Assembly (NCBI GenBank): GCA_037305845.1
Contig: CP147778.1
Coordinates: forward strand, 2,208,001-2,272,000
Origin: Candidatus Freyarchaeum deiterrae
Lineage (GTDB): Archaea > Asgardarchaeota > Jordiarchaeia > Jordiarchaeales > Jordiarchaeaceae
DNA: 64,000 bases
Direction of reading: 5' to 3'
The position numbers were made by a program, and so were the translations under genes. The notes beneath the pieces are model-generated. The model saw only the letters and a list, made by a program, of their open reading frames with translations, ran no database searches and was not told the DNA's origin. This document shows, one piece after another, positions 19,741-29,869 of this stretch (its first letter is position 1; each line of letters begins with the position of its first letter).

Positions 19741-21276
19741 TTGCCGATTAAGAGGGCTTTAATCAGTGTTTCAGACAAGAGTGGAATTGTGGATTTTGCA
19801 GTAAGGCTGTATGAAATGGGTATTCAGATAGTTGCCACCGGAGGAACCGCAGAATTGTTGAAAGATTTGATCCCTGTGGTCACTGTTTCAAGCATTACCA
19901 AATTCCCCGAAATGCTTGACGGACGAGTGAAAACTCTTCACCCCAACATTCACGCCGCCATACTCGCAAAACGAACTCCTGAGCATATGAAGCAGTTGGG
20001 TGAGCACAAGATTGTGCCTATAGACTTGGTGGTAGTGAATCTTTACCCCTTCAAAAAAACCATCGAAGAGAGTGATGATCTGGAAAGGGCACTGGAAAAC
20101 ATAGACATCGGAGGACTGGCTCTCATTAGATCTTCTGCGAAGAACTACCAAGACGTAGTGATTGTAGTGAATCCCTCAAGATACACCGAGATTATTGAGG
20201 AGTTAGAAGAAGGGGGAGATATTAGCAAAACAACCAGGGAACGACTGGCGGTGGAGGCCTTTCTACACACCGCCGAATATGACGACATAATATCGCGTTT
20301 TCTACAGAAAAAATTTGCCAGCCCAGAGGAATTTCCGAAAAACCTGAATTTAAGGTATGAGAAAATTCAGGATCTAAGTTACGGAGAGAATCCGCATCAG
20401 AAGGCTGCGTTTTACAGGGAGCCCGATGTTAAGGAATCATGTGTGTCTAACGCTGTTCAACTACACGGTAAGGATCTTTCCTTCAACAACGTCTATGACG
20501 CGAATTCGGCTTTAGAGCTAGTGAAGGAATTTGAGGAACCTACTGCAACAATCATAAAACACACCAACCCCTGCGGCACAGCGATTGGAAAAACCATAAG
20601 TGAAGCTTATAGAAAAGCCTACGAAACCGATACTGTATCTGCCTATGGAGGCATTGTGGGTTTAAACCGCGAAGTGGATAAAGAGACCGCAGAGCAAATA
20701 GCCACCACTTTCATTGAGGTGGTCATAGCTCCAGGCTACACCGATGAGGCTCTCGAAATACTAAAGCAAAGGAAGAATCTGAGGTTACTCGGAACGCCTC
20801 CCATAACACCCCCACTCCCAGGCTGGGACATGAAAAAGATTGTAGGAGGAATCCTAGTGGAAACCAGAGACGTAGTAAAGACAGATCCGAGTCAATTTAA
20901 AGTTGTGAGTAAGAGGAAGCCCACTCAGAATGAGTGGAAAGCAGCTCTTCTTGGTTGGAGAGTAGCGAAACACGTGAAATCAAACGCTATAGTTCTTGCA
21001 ACTGAGGATACAGCCGTGGGAATCGGAGCTGGCCAGATGAACAGAGTTGACTCAGCAAAGATCGCTATTGAGAAAGCCGGTGAAAAGGCAAAAGGCTCTG
21101 TTCTATGCTCGGATGGATTCATTCCTTTCAGAGACACCGTTGATGAAGCGGCAAAGGTGGGAGTAACTGCAATAATACAGCCCGGAGGCTCGGTGAGAGA
21201 CGCAGAGGTTAATACAGCTGCGGATGAAAACAACATGGCTATGATTCACACGGGAATAAGACACTTCAGGCACTAA
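19741..21276 (+). CDS. purH: Bifunctional AICAR transformylase/IMP cyclohydrolase
   Basis: RALISVSDK, GRVKTLHP, YGENPHQ, KHTNPCG and IIQPGGS...RHFRH motifs; TTG start at 19741. Confidence 0.97.
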   Translation: MPIKRALISVSDKSGIVDFAVRLYEMGIQIVATGGTAELLKDLIPVVTVSSITKFPEMLDGRVKTLHPNIHAAILAKRTPEHMKQLGEHKIVPIDLVVVNLYPFKKTIEESDDLERALENIDIGGLALIRSSAKNYQDVVIVVNPSRYTEIIEELEEGGDISKTTRERLAVEAFLHTAEYDDIISRFLQKKFASPEEFPKNLNLRYEKIQDLSYGENPHQKAAFYREPDVKESCVSNAVQLHGKDLSFNNVYDANSALELVKEFEEPTATIIKHTNPCGTAIGKTISEAYRKAYETDTVSAYGGIVGLNREVDKETAEQIATTFIEVVIAPGYTDEALEILKQRKNLRLLGTPPITPPLPGWDMKKIVGGILVETRDVVKTDPSQFKVVSKRKPTQNEWKAALLGWRVAKHVKSNAIVLATEDTAVGIGAGQMNRVDSAKIAIEKAGEKAKGSVLCSDGFIPFRDTVDEAAKVGVTAIIQPGGSVRDAEVNTAADENNMAMIHTGIRHFRH

Positions 21277-21380
21277 GCACAGATACTTGTGAACTCATAG
21301 GTCGCAGAATTTTTAAGCTATCTAGTTCTTGTTTTTCCAAGCAAATAACTCAAATCCTTAATTTTTTGAAGGAAACTATT

Positions 21381-22352
21381 ATGCAGGAGCCGCTGATTCC
21401 TAGTGATGTTTTGAAGCTTCTTAAGAAGCAGAAATACCAGATTGTAGGAAGACACTCCGCGGTGAAAAAATGTCGTTGGCTGCAAAACAGTCTGGTTCAG
21501 AATAGGCATTGCTACAAACAGGAATGGTATAACATCAATTCTCACAGATGTCTACAGATGACTCCCACCGTTATCTACTGCACCAATAGCTGCCTGTCAT
21601 GCTGGCGGGTGGAACCTGGAGACCACGGGTACAACTGGAACCAAATGGCTATCAAAAACTATGAGGTAGACTCCCCTGAAGAAATAATTGATGGGTGCCT
21701 TAAAGCTCAGAAAAAAATTTTATCCGGCTTCAAACCCCTCCACCATGAAAAGGTTTCTTGGGATAAATGGGAGGAAGCGATGGAACCAAAACACGCGGCG
21801 ATAAGTCTGGCTGGAGAGCCAACTCTTTATTCTCGCTTGAGTGAGCTGATTGAAGAGTTTCATAGAAGAGAAATGACCACTTTCCTCGTGAGCAATGGAA
21901 ATCTGCCCGAGGTACTCGCTGAAATCACGGAACCCACACAGCTCTATGTTTCTGTTTACGGACCTAATGAGGAAGTTTATAGAAGGAGTTGCCGCCCCCT
22001 TCTCAAAGACGCTTGGGACAGGCTAATGAAATCTTTGGAATTACTCAGCAGTTTTAGTTGCCCCACAGTTATGCGGTTAACATTGACAAACGGTTTGAAT
22101 TTCTCTGACCCAGAGGGATACGCCAAACTTGTGGAGAGAGCCAACCCCACATATGTAGAATGTAAAAGCTACGTTTCGGTGGGATACTCCCTACTGAGGA
22201 ACATGAGTGTGAACAACATGATCTGGGCCAGAGATGTAAAGGGATTCGCAGAAAAAATCGCCGAACATTCGGGATATAATGTGATTGGTCATTCCATCCC
22301 CAGCAGGGTTACTCTTCTAAGCCGGCTAAAAAAGCCCATAAAATTAGCTTAG
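21381..22352 (+). CDS. taw1: 4-demethylwyosine synthase (radical SAM)
   Basis: HSAVK.C.W, CYK, SHRCLQMTP, C..SC..CWR and AISL.GEPT motifs. Confidence 0.95.
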   Translation: MQEPLIPSDVLKLLKKQKYQIVGRHSAVKKCRWLQNSLVQNRHCYKQEWYNINSHRCLQMTPTVIYCTNSCLSCWRVEPGDHGYNWNQMAIKNYEVDSPEEIIDGCLKAQKKILSGFKPLHHEKVSWDKWEEAMEPKHAAISLAGEPTLYSRLSELIEEFHRREMTTFLVSNGNLPEVLAEITEPTQLYVSVYGPNEEVYRRSCRPLLKDAWDRLMKSLELLSSFSCPTVMRLTLTNGLNFSDPEGYAKLVERANPTYVECKSYVSVGYSLLRNMSVNNMIWARDVKGFAEKIAEHSGYNVIGHSIPSRVTLLSRLKKPIKLA

Positions 22353-22511
22353 TTAAAACCTTTGGTTATATACCAATAAGATATTACTGAAGAAGTTCTT
22401 AGCTTTGGTGCAGCTATTTGCCTGTCTTCCCAAGATTATTAAATTTTCTGCAAAACTCTTAAATTGTTAAAAGAGTTTATAATACCAATTCCCTTTTAGG
22501 GGGCAGGAATA

Positions 22512-22991
22512 TTGGTTGAAATAACGGAGGAAAAAGTAAACGCGATAAAAGCCTTATCACATCTCGCGCCCTTTTACGACTATTTAGGAATGGAAGTCGT
22601 AGACGTAAGGAACTGTTATGCTAAATTGAGAATACCTTGGAGAAAGGAATTGCTTCAAGTACAAGGTCTGATTCATGGAGGCGTCTTAGCAACATTATGC
22701 GACTCCGCTGTAGGTGTAGCATTACTCACATCATTAGATCCAGAAGACATTACAGTTACCATCGAATTGAACGTGAACTACTTGCTTCCTGTAAGAGCCG
22801 GAGAAATTGTCGCTGAAGGTAGAATACTCCACAGAGGCCGTAGAACCGCCTTGGGCGATGTGGAAGTTATGAATGAAGGCAACATCGTGTGCCATAGTTC
22901 GGCTACTTACATGATTATCAAAAAAGAGGATAGGGCATCAACTGAAGCGGCACCCACTTACAAAACTAAAAAATACAGATGCGATTTCTAA
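22512..22991 (+). CDS. PaaI family thioesterase
   Basis: G.IHGG.LATL.D and TIEL.VNYL.P hotdog motifs. Confidence 0.9.
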   Translation: MVEITEEKVNAIKALSHLAPFYDYLGMEVVDVRNCYAKLRIPWRKELLQVQGLIHGGVLATLCDSAVGVALLTSLDPEDITVTIELNVNYLLPVRAGEIVAEGRILHRGRRTALGDVEVMNEGNIVCHSSATYMIIKKEDRASTEAAPTYKTKKYRCDF

Positions 22992-23211
22992 ACAGTTTTT
23001 CTTGCGATTTTTTGTAAGGCTAGCACCATTCACTTCTAAACTTTTTAAAACTCCTTTTATATTTCGAATTTTTATTTTTACATTTGACTACTGCTAGTTG
23101 AGCCCTTACCAAAATCTACTATGTTAGCCTCTTGGATTGAGTTTTTACACCTAAATTTTTAAATCCTTAAAAACAATTTTGTAACTCGTCCTATTTTAGG
23201 AGTAGATACAA

Positions 23212-23673
23212 TTGGTTAAACTGACGAATGATAATGCAAAATTGGTAAAAGATATTTTGAATTCCTCACCATTTTACAAACTTTTAGGTATGGAAATACT
23301 AGACATAAAAGAAAACTATTCCAAGTTGAGAATACCCTGGAAAGAAGATTTATTACAGTTACAGGGAGTTGCCCACGGAGGGGTGTTAGCGTCAATAGCC
23401 GACGCTGCAGTAGCAATAGCATTATTCTCCTTAGTGGATTTGAACGACATCATATCCACTATCGAGCTAAAGATAAACTATTTAGCCCCAATAAAATCTG
23501 GAGAAATCATTGCTGAGGGGAGAATAGTCCACAAAGGAGCCAGAATCGCCCTAGGCGAAGTTGACGTAAAAAACGAGGGTAGGCTCGTAGGCAAAGCCTT
23601 GTCTACCTACATGATCATAAAAAATGAGGGAAAAGATTTACCGTACAAAATACCAAAGGCAGAAACCAGATAA
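23212..23673 (+). CDS. PaaI family thioesterase (tandem paralog)
   Basis: GVAHGGVLASIAD and TIELKINYLAP motifs; clearly similar to the upstream gene. Confidence 0.9.
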   Translation: MVKLTNDNAKLVKDILNSSPFYKLLGMEILDIKENYSKLRIPWKEDLLQLQGVAHGGVLASIADAAVAIALFSLVDLNDIISTIELKINYLAPIKSGEIIAEGRIVHKGARIALGEVDVKNEGRLVGKALSTYMIIKNEGKDLPYKIPKAETR

Positions 23674-23884
23674 ACGGGTTATGAATCGCATATTTTTTGG
23701 TGAATATCTGCGACTCTTGGAGTTCGCCATTCTCTCGCTTTTTGCAGTTTCATTGAAAGCTCGTTATCGAACTGCTCCCCGATAAGGTCGAATCCACCCC
23801 ATGCATTTTCCCTCCGACCCTTTCGAGACCGAGTTCACACACATGAGGAAGGTTCCTACCGTATCTCAGTTGAGCTTTGTACGC

Positions 23885-24109
23885 TCATCTTTTTCTCTTT
23901 GTCTTCTTTACTGTTTTTTTCTTTTGTTCTTGTTTCTTCTTTTCCTGTTTCTTTTTCTCTTCTTGTTTCTTCTTTTCCTGTTTCTTTTTCTCTTCTTGTT
24001 TCTTCTTTTCCTGTTTCTTTTTCTCTTCTTGTTTCTTCTTTTGTTCTAGTTTCTTCTTTTGTTCTTGTTTCTTCTTCTCGTCACTTACCTTTTTTTTTCT
24101 TTGCGGCAC
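23885..24109 (-). repeat. Tandem low-complexity repeat that could encode a 74-aa Lys/Gln/Glu-rich peptide (KKKQE(E) units)
   Basis: About three exact 33-bp units (AAGAAGAAACAAGAAGAGAAAAAGAAACAGGAA on the minus strand) plus degenerate 15-18 bp units. Confidence 0.7.
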
Positions 24110-24415
24110 TTCTTTTCACTTCTCCTCTCTTGTTGCTCCATTCGGGACTTTTCACATCCTCAACATTTGGAGCACATATTATTTAGAGCAGATAACTATT
24201 ATTTATTTATGTCTACTTTACCTAAAGCCGAAACTGTTTCGATGGATGTGAGAGAAGAGGAGGTTTCGTCGTGGGGTTGCGAGGTTTGGTCATCTGCTCT
24301 AAAAAAAGATGTTCTTCAAAAGACGAAAAGGATACGATAGAATAGAATCAGGACAAGTGGTTTCTCGATCTTGACCTCGTGGAAGTCCTCCCCTTCCTCC
24401 CTTCCTCTCCAGTCC

Positions 24416-25243
24416 TTAATCACTCTTTGATCTTTCCCGCCCTAGCTCCTTCAGCTCCTTAATTTTTTGAACAATCAGGGGTAAAGCTATGTTTGATGGA
24501 AGTCTAATCACTACGTCGCATAAATCTGAGATACCAGTTTCGTAAGGATTAACTTCAATCAACCATGCATTGTTCATCTCTTTGGCTCTAATAGGCAATC
24601 CCGCTGCAGGATACACGAGCGCCGACGTTCCGATTGCTAAGAAACAATCGGATTTCGAAGATTCTAGGAAACACTTTCCAAGTACATCTCCAGGTATATT
24701 TTCACCGAATAACACGGTATCATTCTTAATTATCCCCATTTTGCATTCTGGGCATTTTGGTGGGAGACTATCTAGAGTGATTGAGAATGTTTTGGGTTCG
24801 AATCTCTTTCCGCAGGCGATGCATCTTAGAAGTGAGGCGTTTCCATGGATTTCGGCTATATTTTTGCTTCCTGCTCTACGATGTAGATTATCAATATTCT
24901 GAGTAATTAGGCATTTTAGGAATCCCATTTTTTCGAGTTCTGCCAGAGCTAAGTGTGAGGGATTAGGCTCAGCTGTTGAGAGCGTCTCTGTAAAATCACG
25001 GTAAAAACCCGTTTTATTGATTCTCTGTTCCCACCATTTCACTGGGTCTTCTAGGAATCTCTGGTAATCGTTTAGCGGGGGTTCTCCGTGCTTAGTCCAA
25101 AGACCGTCCGGTCCTCTAAAAGGAGGTATTCCGCTTGCAACTGATACGCCGGCTCCGGTAAGCGCTACGACATATTTGGAAACCTTAATTATTCTTGCGG
25201 CTTCTTCGATTTCTTCCTTGTATTGATTTATTTCCTCTCCCAT
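24416..25243 (-). CDS. cobB: Sir2-family NAD-dependent protein deacylase
   Basis: TGAG.S..SGIP.FRG, TQNID.LH..AG, HG, two CxxC and GTS..VYPAA motifs. Confidence 0.95.
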   Translation of the reverse strand: MGEEINQYKEEIEEAARIIKVSKYVVALTGAGVSVASGIPPFRGPDGLWTKHGEPPLNDYQRFLEDPVKWWEQRINKTGFYRDFTETLSTAEPNPSHLALAELEKMGFLKCLITQNIDNLHRRAGSKNIAEIHGNASLLRCIACGKRFEPKTFSITLDSLPPKCPECKMGIIKNDTVLFGENIPGDVLGKCFLESSKSDCFLAIGTSALVYPAAGLPIRAKEMNNAWLIEVNPYETGISDLCDVVIRLPSNIALPLIVQKIKELKELGRERSKSD

Positions 25244-25461
25244 TTTGGATCAGCTCATTTCATTTGGGGATATTAGGCTTTGAAGCATGCTAATTATACT
25301 TTTGCTTGTTAGATTTTAAATCGTTTTTTGTTTTCATTATTGGTTTTATTGTATTTTTGTAATTGTTTGGGAAAGATTCAAATTAATAGTATACATAATC
25401 CTCTCAAAATTACGTGTGTTGTCCTCACGCTTTAAGACAAGCCTAATAGGGGAGTATAAAG

Positions 25462-26133
25462 TTGAGTAAAAAAGAACCAGAAGGAACATCTGATTTAGAG
25501 CGTATAATAGCCAGTATTGTTCATAATCTGGATGAGCAATATGATTTGAGAGAGTTAACTTTAACACTTTCAAGAGATATAATCAGGATTTCTGGGCAGG
25601 CCATTAAATTGATTCACCGCCTAGATTTTGATAACGCTGCAATAAAAATTGAAGAGGCTAGGAATAAGTTAGACGAGATCGATGAAAAAATTATGAAATA
25701 TCCTGAATTTAGGGAGAAGGGTTTCATTAGCTCGGCTTTTCAGGAATATACTGAGGCTCGGGTTCTTTTATCGCTTCTTAAAGATAACAAGTTTATTTCC
25801 AACGAGGATTTACGTGTACCCAGCGTTCCTTACCTATTGGGATTGGGTGATTTGATAGGTGAATTAAGGAGACATATTTTGGATTCTATAAGGCGGGAGG
25901 AAGTAGAAAAAGCCGAAAAGCTACTTGACCTTATGGAGGAAGTGTATATACAGCTGGTGGCAATCGATTATCCCGACGCCTTAATTTCGGGTCTTAGGCA
26001 CAAATGCGACGTCGCTCGGAGCCTGGTTGAAAAAACTCGGGGCGACATAACCTTAGCACTTCAAAACAAGAAACTCATAAAGAAAGTTGAAAATCTTTCA
26101 GAGCTTCTTGGAGGGAAAAGTAACGAAACTTGA
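25462..26133 (+). CDS. Translin/TRAX-like (archaeal C3PO) protein
   Basis: RE....SR.I.R, QEY.EA, YLLGLGD.IGELRR and LR.K.D..R motifs. Confidence 0.88.
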   Translation: MSKKEPEGTSDLERIIASIVHNLDEQYDLRELTLTLSRDIIRISGQAIKLIHRLDFDNAAIKIEEARNKLDEIDEKIMKYPEFREKGFISSAFQEYTEARVLLSLLKDNKFISNEDLRVPSVPYLLGLGDLIGELRRHILDSIRREEVEKAEKLLDLMEEVYIQLVAIDYPDALISGLRHKCDVARSLVEKTRGDITLALQNKKLIKKVENLSELLGGKSNET

Positions 26134-27673
26134 TATCAATAAAATACTCGCTAGGGCGGAGCAGGATTATGAGAAGGCTTGGCTTGAAACGAAGGTTTTA
26201 CTCACCCTGAAGGGCAGAAGATTCAAGTTGAAGCGTAAGGGCGTTCCCAATCCCATAACTGAATTTATGATTGAGTTTAGAAAAACACTAATCGAAATGG
26301 GATTCGAGGAAGTCATACTTCCCATGATCACGAGTGAGTCGGATATCTACAAGGAATACGGACCTGAATCCGCTGTGATTCTTGATAGATTGTTTTATTT
26401 GGCTGGCCTTCCGAGGCCTGATATCGGGCTGAGTGAAAACTCTATCAAAAAAATAATACAAATTGTGCCCGGGTTTACCAAGACTAAAGAATTGCAAGAT
26501 ATTCTTAGAAGATATAAAAGGAACGAGATAGAGTCGGATGACTTGGTTGAGATTATGGTTACAGAGCTAGCAATAAGAGAGGAGCAAGCAACAAGTATTG
26601 TTGACAACGTTTTTCCCGAATTTAAGAAACGAATACCGATTCCCACCGACTTGACTTTAAGATCGCATATGACTGCACTATGGTTTCCTGTTCTCTCAGC
26701 TCTTCAGAGTAAATGCGAACTTCCCGTTCAACTTTTCACTATGGGAAGTAAATTTAGGAGGGAACAGAAATTGGATGCTACACACCTTTACTCATCCTAT
26801 ACAACCTCCTTTGTCATTATGGCGGAGGAGATAACCCTAGAAGATGGCATGGAAATAGTGCGTGAGCTTCTAAAAAAAATTGGTTTCGAGGAAGTGGATT
26901 TCAGAGTTAAAAAAGCCACTTCTAAATATTACGCGCCTCAAACAGAGTTTGAAATATTCGTCAAGCATCCCAAAACAGGACAGTGGCTAGAAGTGGGAGA
27001 CAGTGGTTTTTACTCCCCAGTCAGCCTTGCAAAATTTGGTATCGAATACCCTGTTTTAAATGCCGGTTTCGGAATGGAGCGATTTGTAATGATAAAAACT
27101 GGAGAAACCGACATTCGACAGCTTACTTACCCCTACTTCTACAAGGAGACAACTTTTACTGATGAAGAACTCGCCAAAGGAATTTGTATAGAGGAGGAGC
27201 CGATAACTGAAACAGGTAAAAAGATTAGGGAAGCGTTGATTAAAACCGCAGAAACTTGTAAAAACGAGGAAGCTCCCTGTGAATTTGTCGCTTGGGAGGG
27301 GATGGTTGATGGAAAAAACATTAAGGTTAAAATCTGGGAGAGAGACACGGATACGAAGCTTTTAGGGGCGGCGATTCTGAACCAAATATACGTTCTTGAT
27401 GGGAATGTGTTCGGTCTTCCAGAGGACAAGGCGGTTGGAACACCAACTGGTATTAGATATCTTGACGCCCTGGCAGCTTATGCGGCTCGGAAGATTGAGG
27501 AAATGATTGAAAGAAACGAAAGAGAAATAAGCCTAAGAATAAGAATGGCGAAGAAAGCTTCGGATGTAAACATAGAAGTAAAGACATCAGTAAGGCGTTT
27601 TATCACCTCAAACAGTAAAAAAATAGATATAAGGGGCCCCGTATTCTTTGGTGTGGCCGCAACAGTGGAATGA
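26108..27673 (+). CDS. sepS: O-phosphoserine--tRNA(Cys) ligase
   Basis: YGPE..VILDR.FYLAGLPRPDIG, TLRSHMT..WF, FRREQ..DATHL and YSPV.L motifs. Confidence 0.95.
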   Translation: MEGKVTKLDINKILARAEQDYEKAWLETKVLLTLKGRRFKLKRKGVPNPITEFMIEFRKTLIEMGFEEVILPMITSESDIYKEYGPESAVILDRLFYLAGLPRPDIGLSENSIKKIIQIVPGFTKTKELQDILRRYKRNEIESDDLVEIMVTELAIREEQATSIVDNVFPEFKKRIPIPTDLTLRSHMTALWFPVLSALQSKCELPVQLFTMGSKFRREQKLDATHLYSSYTTSFVIMAEEITLEDGMEIVRELLKKIGFEEVDFRVKKATSKYYAPQTEFEIFVKHPKTGQWLEVGDSGFYSPVSLAKFGIEYPVLNAGFGMERFVMIKTGETDIRQLTYPYFYKETTFTDEELAKGICIEEEPITETGKKIREALIKTAETCKNEEAPCEFVAWEGMVDGKNIKVKIWERDTDTKLLGAAILNQIYVLDGNVFGLPEDKAVGTPTGIRYLDALAAYAARKIEEMIERNEREISLRIRMAKKASDVNIEVKTSVRRFITSNSKKIDIRGPVFFGVAATVE

Positions 27674-27720
27674 AACAAATATTACACCTGCTTGTTACTC
27701 TAAATGGTTAAGAGGGTTGA

Positions 27721-28404
27721 TTGTTGGACGAAGAGCTTTGGTTTACTCTGTTTACGCTCGCAAGAATGGGAGCTCAGTCAAAGGCCCTAGAAATATCATC
27801 CACTATACTGGGTGAAAAAATGAACGTAAGTCAGCAAACGGCTTCTCGTCGTTTACAACAGTTAGAGGAAAAGGGTTGGCTGAGCCGAGAAATAACAAGA
27901 AAAGGTCAGTTTGTTCGGCTGACGGATCAGGGAATGAATATCCTCTTGGAAATATATCTGTGGCTTCAAACAATATTTGACAAGAAACCACCTGTTCTCA
28001 TAATTGAGGGTGAACTATTCAGCGGAATGCGTGAAGGAGGATACTACATCTCAGAAGAAGGCTACAGGCGCCAGTTTAAAGAAAAATTGGGATTCGAACC
28101 TTATCCCGGAACACTGAATTTGAAACTCAAATCCCGCTCCGACCAACAAGCCAAAAAAACGCTCCAAAACTACCCAGGAATTATTATCGAACAATTCGAA
28201 AACAAGGGAAGAACATTTGGAGCGGTAAAATGTTTCAAAACCCTGATTAATGATAAAGAAGAGGGGGCTGTTCTGCTAATTCAACGCACACACTATGGAG
28301 AAGATGTTTTAGAAGTCATATCACCGGAACGTCTCAGAGAAAAATTGAGACTTAAAGACGGGGAAAAGGTCAGACTAAATATATTCCTCACTCAAGTTGA
28401 GTAA
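27721..28404 (+). CDS. ribK: CTP-dependent riboflavin kinase with N-terminal wHTH (RbkR type)
   Basis: SQQTASRRL HTH, SG..EG.YY, PYPGTLN and RTH....LE motifs. Confidence 0.93.
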   Translation: MLDEELWFTLFTLARMGAQSKALEISSTILGEKMNVSQQTASRRLQQLEEKGWLSREITRKGQFVRLTDQGMNILLEIYLWLQTIFDKKPPVLIIEGELFSGMREGGYYISEEGYRRQFKEKLGFEPYPGTLNLKLKSRSDQQAKKTLQNYPGIIIEQFENKGRTFGAVKCFKTLINDKEEGAVLLIQRTHYGEDVLEVISPERLREKLRLKDGEKVRLNIFLTQVE

Positions 28405-28514
28405 AGGGAGAGTAAAATTACAAAATTTTTGATAATCAATAACCACAAAAAATAAAACAAAAAGAATTTTCTGTCTAATCGCAAAAGATTCGTAGGAAAG
28501 CAGGGAAAAAAACA

Positions 28515-28994
28515 TTGACTGATCATGGAAAAATAGTTATTGCATTTGGAACCTTTGATTTGGTGCACATTGGGCACATAAAATTCTTTGAAGAAGCTAA
28601 GAAACTCGGAGGTAAAAATGCGCAGTTAATAGTGGTCATCTCTAGAGATTCTAATGTACTAAAAATAAAGAAACGCCCACCTATTTTTAACGAAGAAGAA
28701 AGAAAAGCGGTCATTGAAGCACTGAAACCGGTAGATAAAGCAATACTGGGCTATGAAGGAGAGGACATGCTCCAAATAGTTAAGGAAAACAATCCCGACA
28801 TAATTGTTCTTGGTTACGACCAAAGAATCAAACCTCAAGATTTTCAAAAATTTGAACAGGACTTAAAAGAAAGGGGAATTAAAGCAAAAGTGGTGCGTCT
28901 TCCCAAATACGGCACAGGGTTAAACAGCTCCACAGTCATTGTAAAGAGAATTCTAGAAAGAAACAAAAATAATTCAGAGAACCAAAAGGAGTAA
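28515..28994 (+). CDS. ribL: FAD synthase (cytidylyltransferase family)
   Basis: GTFDLVH.GH, PDII.LGYDQ and SST motifs; lies next to ribK. Confidence 0.88.
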   Translation: MTDHGKIVIAFGTFDLVHIGHIKFFEEAKKLGGKNAQLIVVISRDSNVLKIKKRPPIFNEEERKAVIEALKPVDKAILGYEGEDMLQIVKENNPDIIVLGYDQRIKPQDFQKFEQDLKERGIKAKVVRLPKYGTGLNSSTVIVKRILERNKNNSENQKE

Positions 28995-29079
28995 CCCTCT
29001 ATCCTTATACAATTTGTATACGACCGCCATTTTGTGTTTCTAAAAAATTAAAAGATCTTGATTATTTGGGGGAGCGTTA

Positions 29080-29853
29080 TTGAAAACAATAAAAATCGAA
29101 GAAGGCTTACCCTTATCCCAAATTCTGGAAAAATATCCAGAATCAATAAGTCCCTATCTAAAATCAGTAAACCCCCCAAAAATAGACTTGAAAAACAAAA
29201 ATGCTCTCGCGATTTATAATAAAATAATTGCTCAAGAAATTCTAGGAATCGAATTTTCTTTTCATCCAAAAGCATTAGTCCCTGCTGTAATGAGTAGATT
29301 CGAATTCGTTAAACTGGCAGTAAAGCCACACGAGACCGTTATCGATGCAGGAACCGGATCGGTGGCTATATGTGCAATAATAGCAGCCAAGTATTTAGAA
29401 GCCGAGGTCTATGCCACAGAAGTGATGGGAGAGTACTACGAAAACGCAAAAAGAAATATAATTCAGAACTCTCTTCAGGACAGAATTCACTTGATAAAAT
29501 CCTATGGTGGAATAATTGATGGTGTTATCCCTAGCGGCTTAAATTTCGATGCCATCATAAGCAACCCTCCCTACCTGCCCTCGAAAGCAAGGCTTGCCGA
29601 TAACAAATTCGGAGGAAGCGTGGAGGAGTTAACAGGCGGAGGAAAAACCGGCGCCGATTTTTCATTAAAGTTTGTGGAGGAAAGTGTTTCTCGCTTAAAT
29701 GATGGCGGTAGAATAGCGCTTATGATACCTATGAAAAAGAAAAAAATCTCTGAGAGCATCGCCCTGCAGATGGAAAATGAGAACTTGAATATTCAGAGCA
29801 TTCGTTTGATAACTGGGAACCGGGAACGTCTAGTAATAATTGGAAACAAGTAG
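29080..29853 (+). CDS. RlmF/METTL16-like SAM methyltransferase (NPPY)
   Basis: ID.GTGS.AI, SNPPY and GG..G motifs. Confidence 0.75.
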   Translation: MKTIKIEEGLPLSQILEKYPESISPYLKSVNPPKIDLKNKNALAIYNKIIAQEILGIEFSFHPKALVPAVMSRFEFVKLAVKPHETVIDAGTGSVAICAIIAAKYLEAEVYATEVMGEYYENAKRNIIQNSLQDRIHLIKSYGGIIDGVIPSGLNFDAIISNPPYLPSKARLADNKFGGSVEELTGGGKTGADFSLKFVEESVSRLNDGGRIALMIPMKKKKISESIALQMENENLNIQSIRLITGNRERLVIIGNK

Positions 29854-29869
29854 ATATTCTCAAACGCAA

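Noticed and set aside
23740-23890. Selenocysteine readthrough of the TGA ending the Lys-rich ORF
   Set aside because: No redox motif or recognisable SECIS, and the extension does not resemble a known protein.
23801-24340. Plus-strand Phe/Leu/Ser/Cys-rich ORFs, or a CRISPR array
   Set aside because: These are antisense readings of a stop-free tandem repeat; the units are adjacent with no unique spacers.
26108-26135. ACG start codon for sepS
   Set aside because: An in-frame TTG at 26108 provides a canonical start.
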